Of a DNA stretch of 64,000 nucleotides, positions 63,326 to 64,000 are shown piece after piece. Within the stretch, counting starts at the first letter, position 1. Each line of letters starts with the position of its first letter. The notes beneath the pieces are model-generated. The model was not told the DNA's origin and did no database searches. It worked only from the letters and a program-made list of their open reading frames with translations. The DNA is from Prorocentrum cordatum (taxonomy: Eukaryota), in assembly GCA_963575745.1 (NCBI GenBank), contig CAUYUJ010000081.1, positions 248,001 through 312,000 on the forward strand. Reading direction: 5' to 3'. A program made the position numbers and the translations under genes.

Positions 63326-64000
63326 TTGTGTTTCAGCGGTTCGTGTGTCCTCGTTTCAGTCGCAAGGGCGAGAGAGGAGTCGGACAATATGGGGGGCTCT
63401 CTTTAACCGCTGGCACGAAACAAGCGAGCACCATGCCTGCTTGGTGCGCGCGTGCCCCGCACAAGACTGCCGAGCAGCTATAGCCTCAAAATACCAGAGA
63501 CAATGATGAAAGATGGTTGGCGAAGTCCCGGGAAAAGGGAGATCATCAGAATACAGAGACTACGGGCCTGACCCTGCTCGCAATTCTAGGCATCCCAACT
63601 CCTCATCATCCACGTGCTCGCCCTCTCTGGCCTCCACGAGGCGCGCTCCCAAGATTGCCCAGCATCTTGTCTTGGATCGCATCTTGAAGCGAAAAACTCC
63701 TCCTCCTCCTCCTCATCATCCTCCTCCTCGTCCTCCACCTCCCCACCACCTCCGCCTCCGCCTCCTTCTCCCTCCCGCCTCCCTCCTCCACCCTCCCTCG
63801 TTGGGCATGCAGCGATTGGTGCTAGGGGCGGCTGCTACCCGATGCAAATTCGTGGGCACGTCAAGTGTAGGAAGACGTTGGAGCTTCAGCTGCGCACGAT
63901 GAATTTGGCGGGGTCGCTGAGATCTGCGCGGCTGAGCCCGCCAGGGTGCTCCTCGAATCTGAGCTGAGCCCGACAGAGCGTTCTGCAGGCTGTGGATATT

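Overview
Eukaryotic, GC-rich, repeat-dominated DNA that reads like a dinoflagellate nuclear genome (Prorocentrum-like). This is an inference from the retroelement types, GC-AG splice-like signals and spliced-leader-like motifs. There is no intact long gene: almost all long ORFs in the track are translations of microsatellites or satellites. The window holds four kinds of sequence. (i) Decayed retrotransposons, two of which carry a cytosine-5 DNA methyltransferase domain: a LINE-type fragment at ~1.7-2.7 kb, and a DIRS-type gag-DNMT-RT element at ~25.4-29.6 kb preceded by a spliced-leader-like relic. There are also RNase H-bearing LINE, CRE-like and copia-like relics. (ii) Large satellites: a 9-unit ~1.0-1.7 kb macrosatellite with (GAC)n expansions, a 6.4 kb (GAT)n higher-order array, a ~108 bp G-rich satellite and a 4.7 kb TG/CG array. 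(iii) Non-autonomous interspersed elements and MITEs. Several unrelated families share a short terminal hairpin and form head-to-tail junctions, hinting at a rolling-circle/HUH-like mobilisation system. (iv) A phase-consistent chain of small minus-strand exons at 53.5-55.1 kb, probably part of a host gene of unknown function. All protein-family calls are by-eye motif recognition, not database searches.
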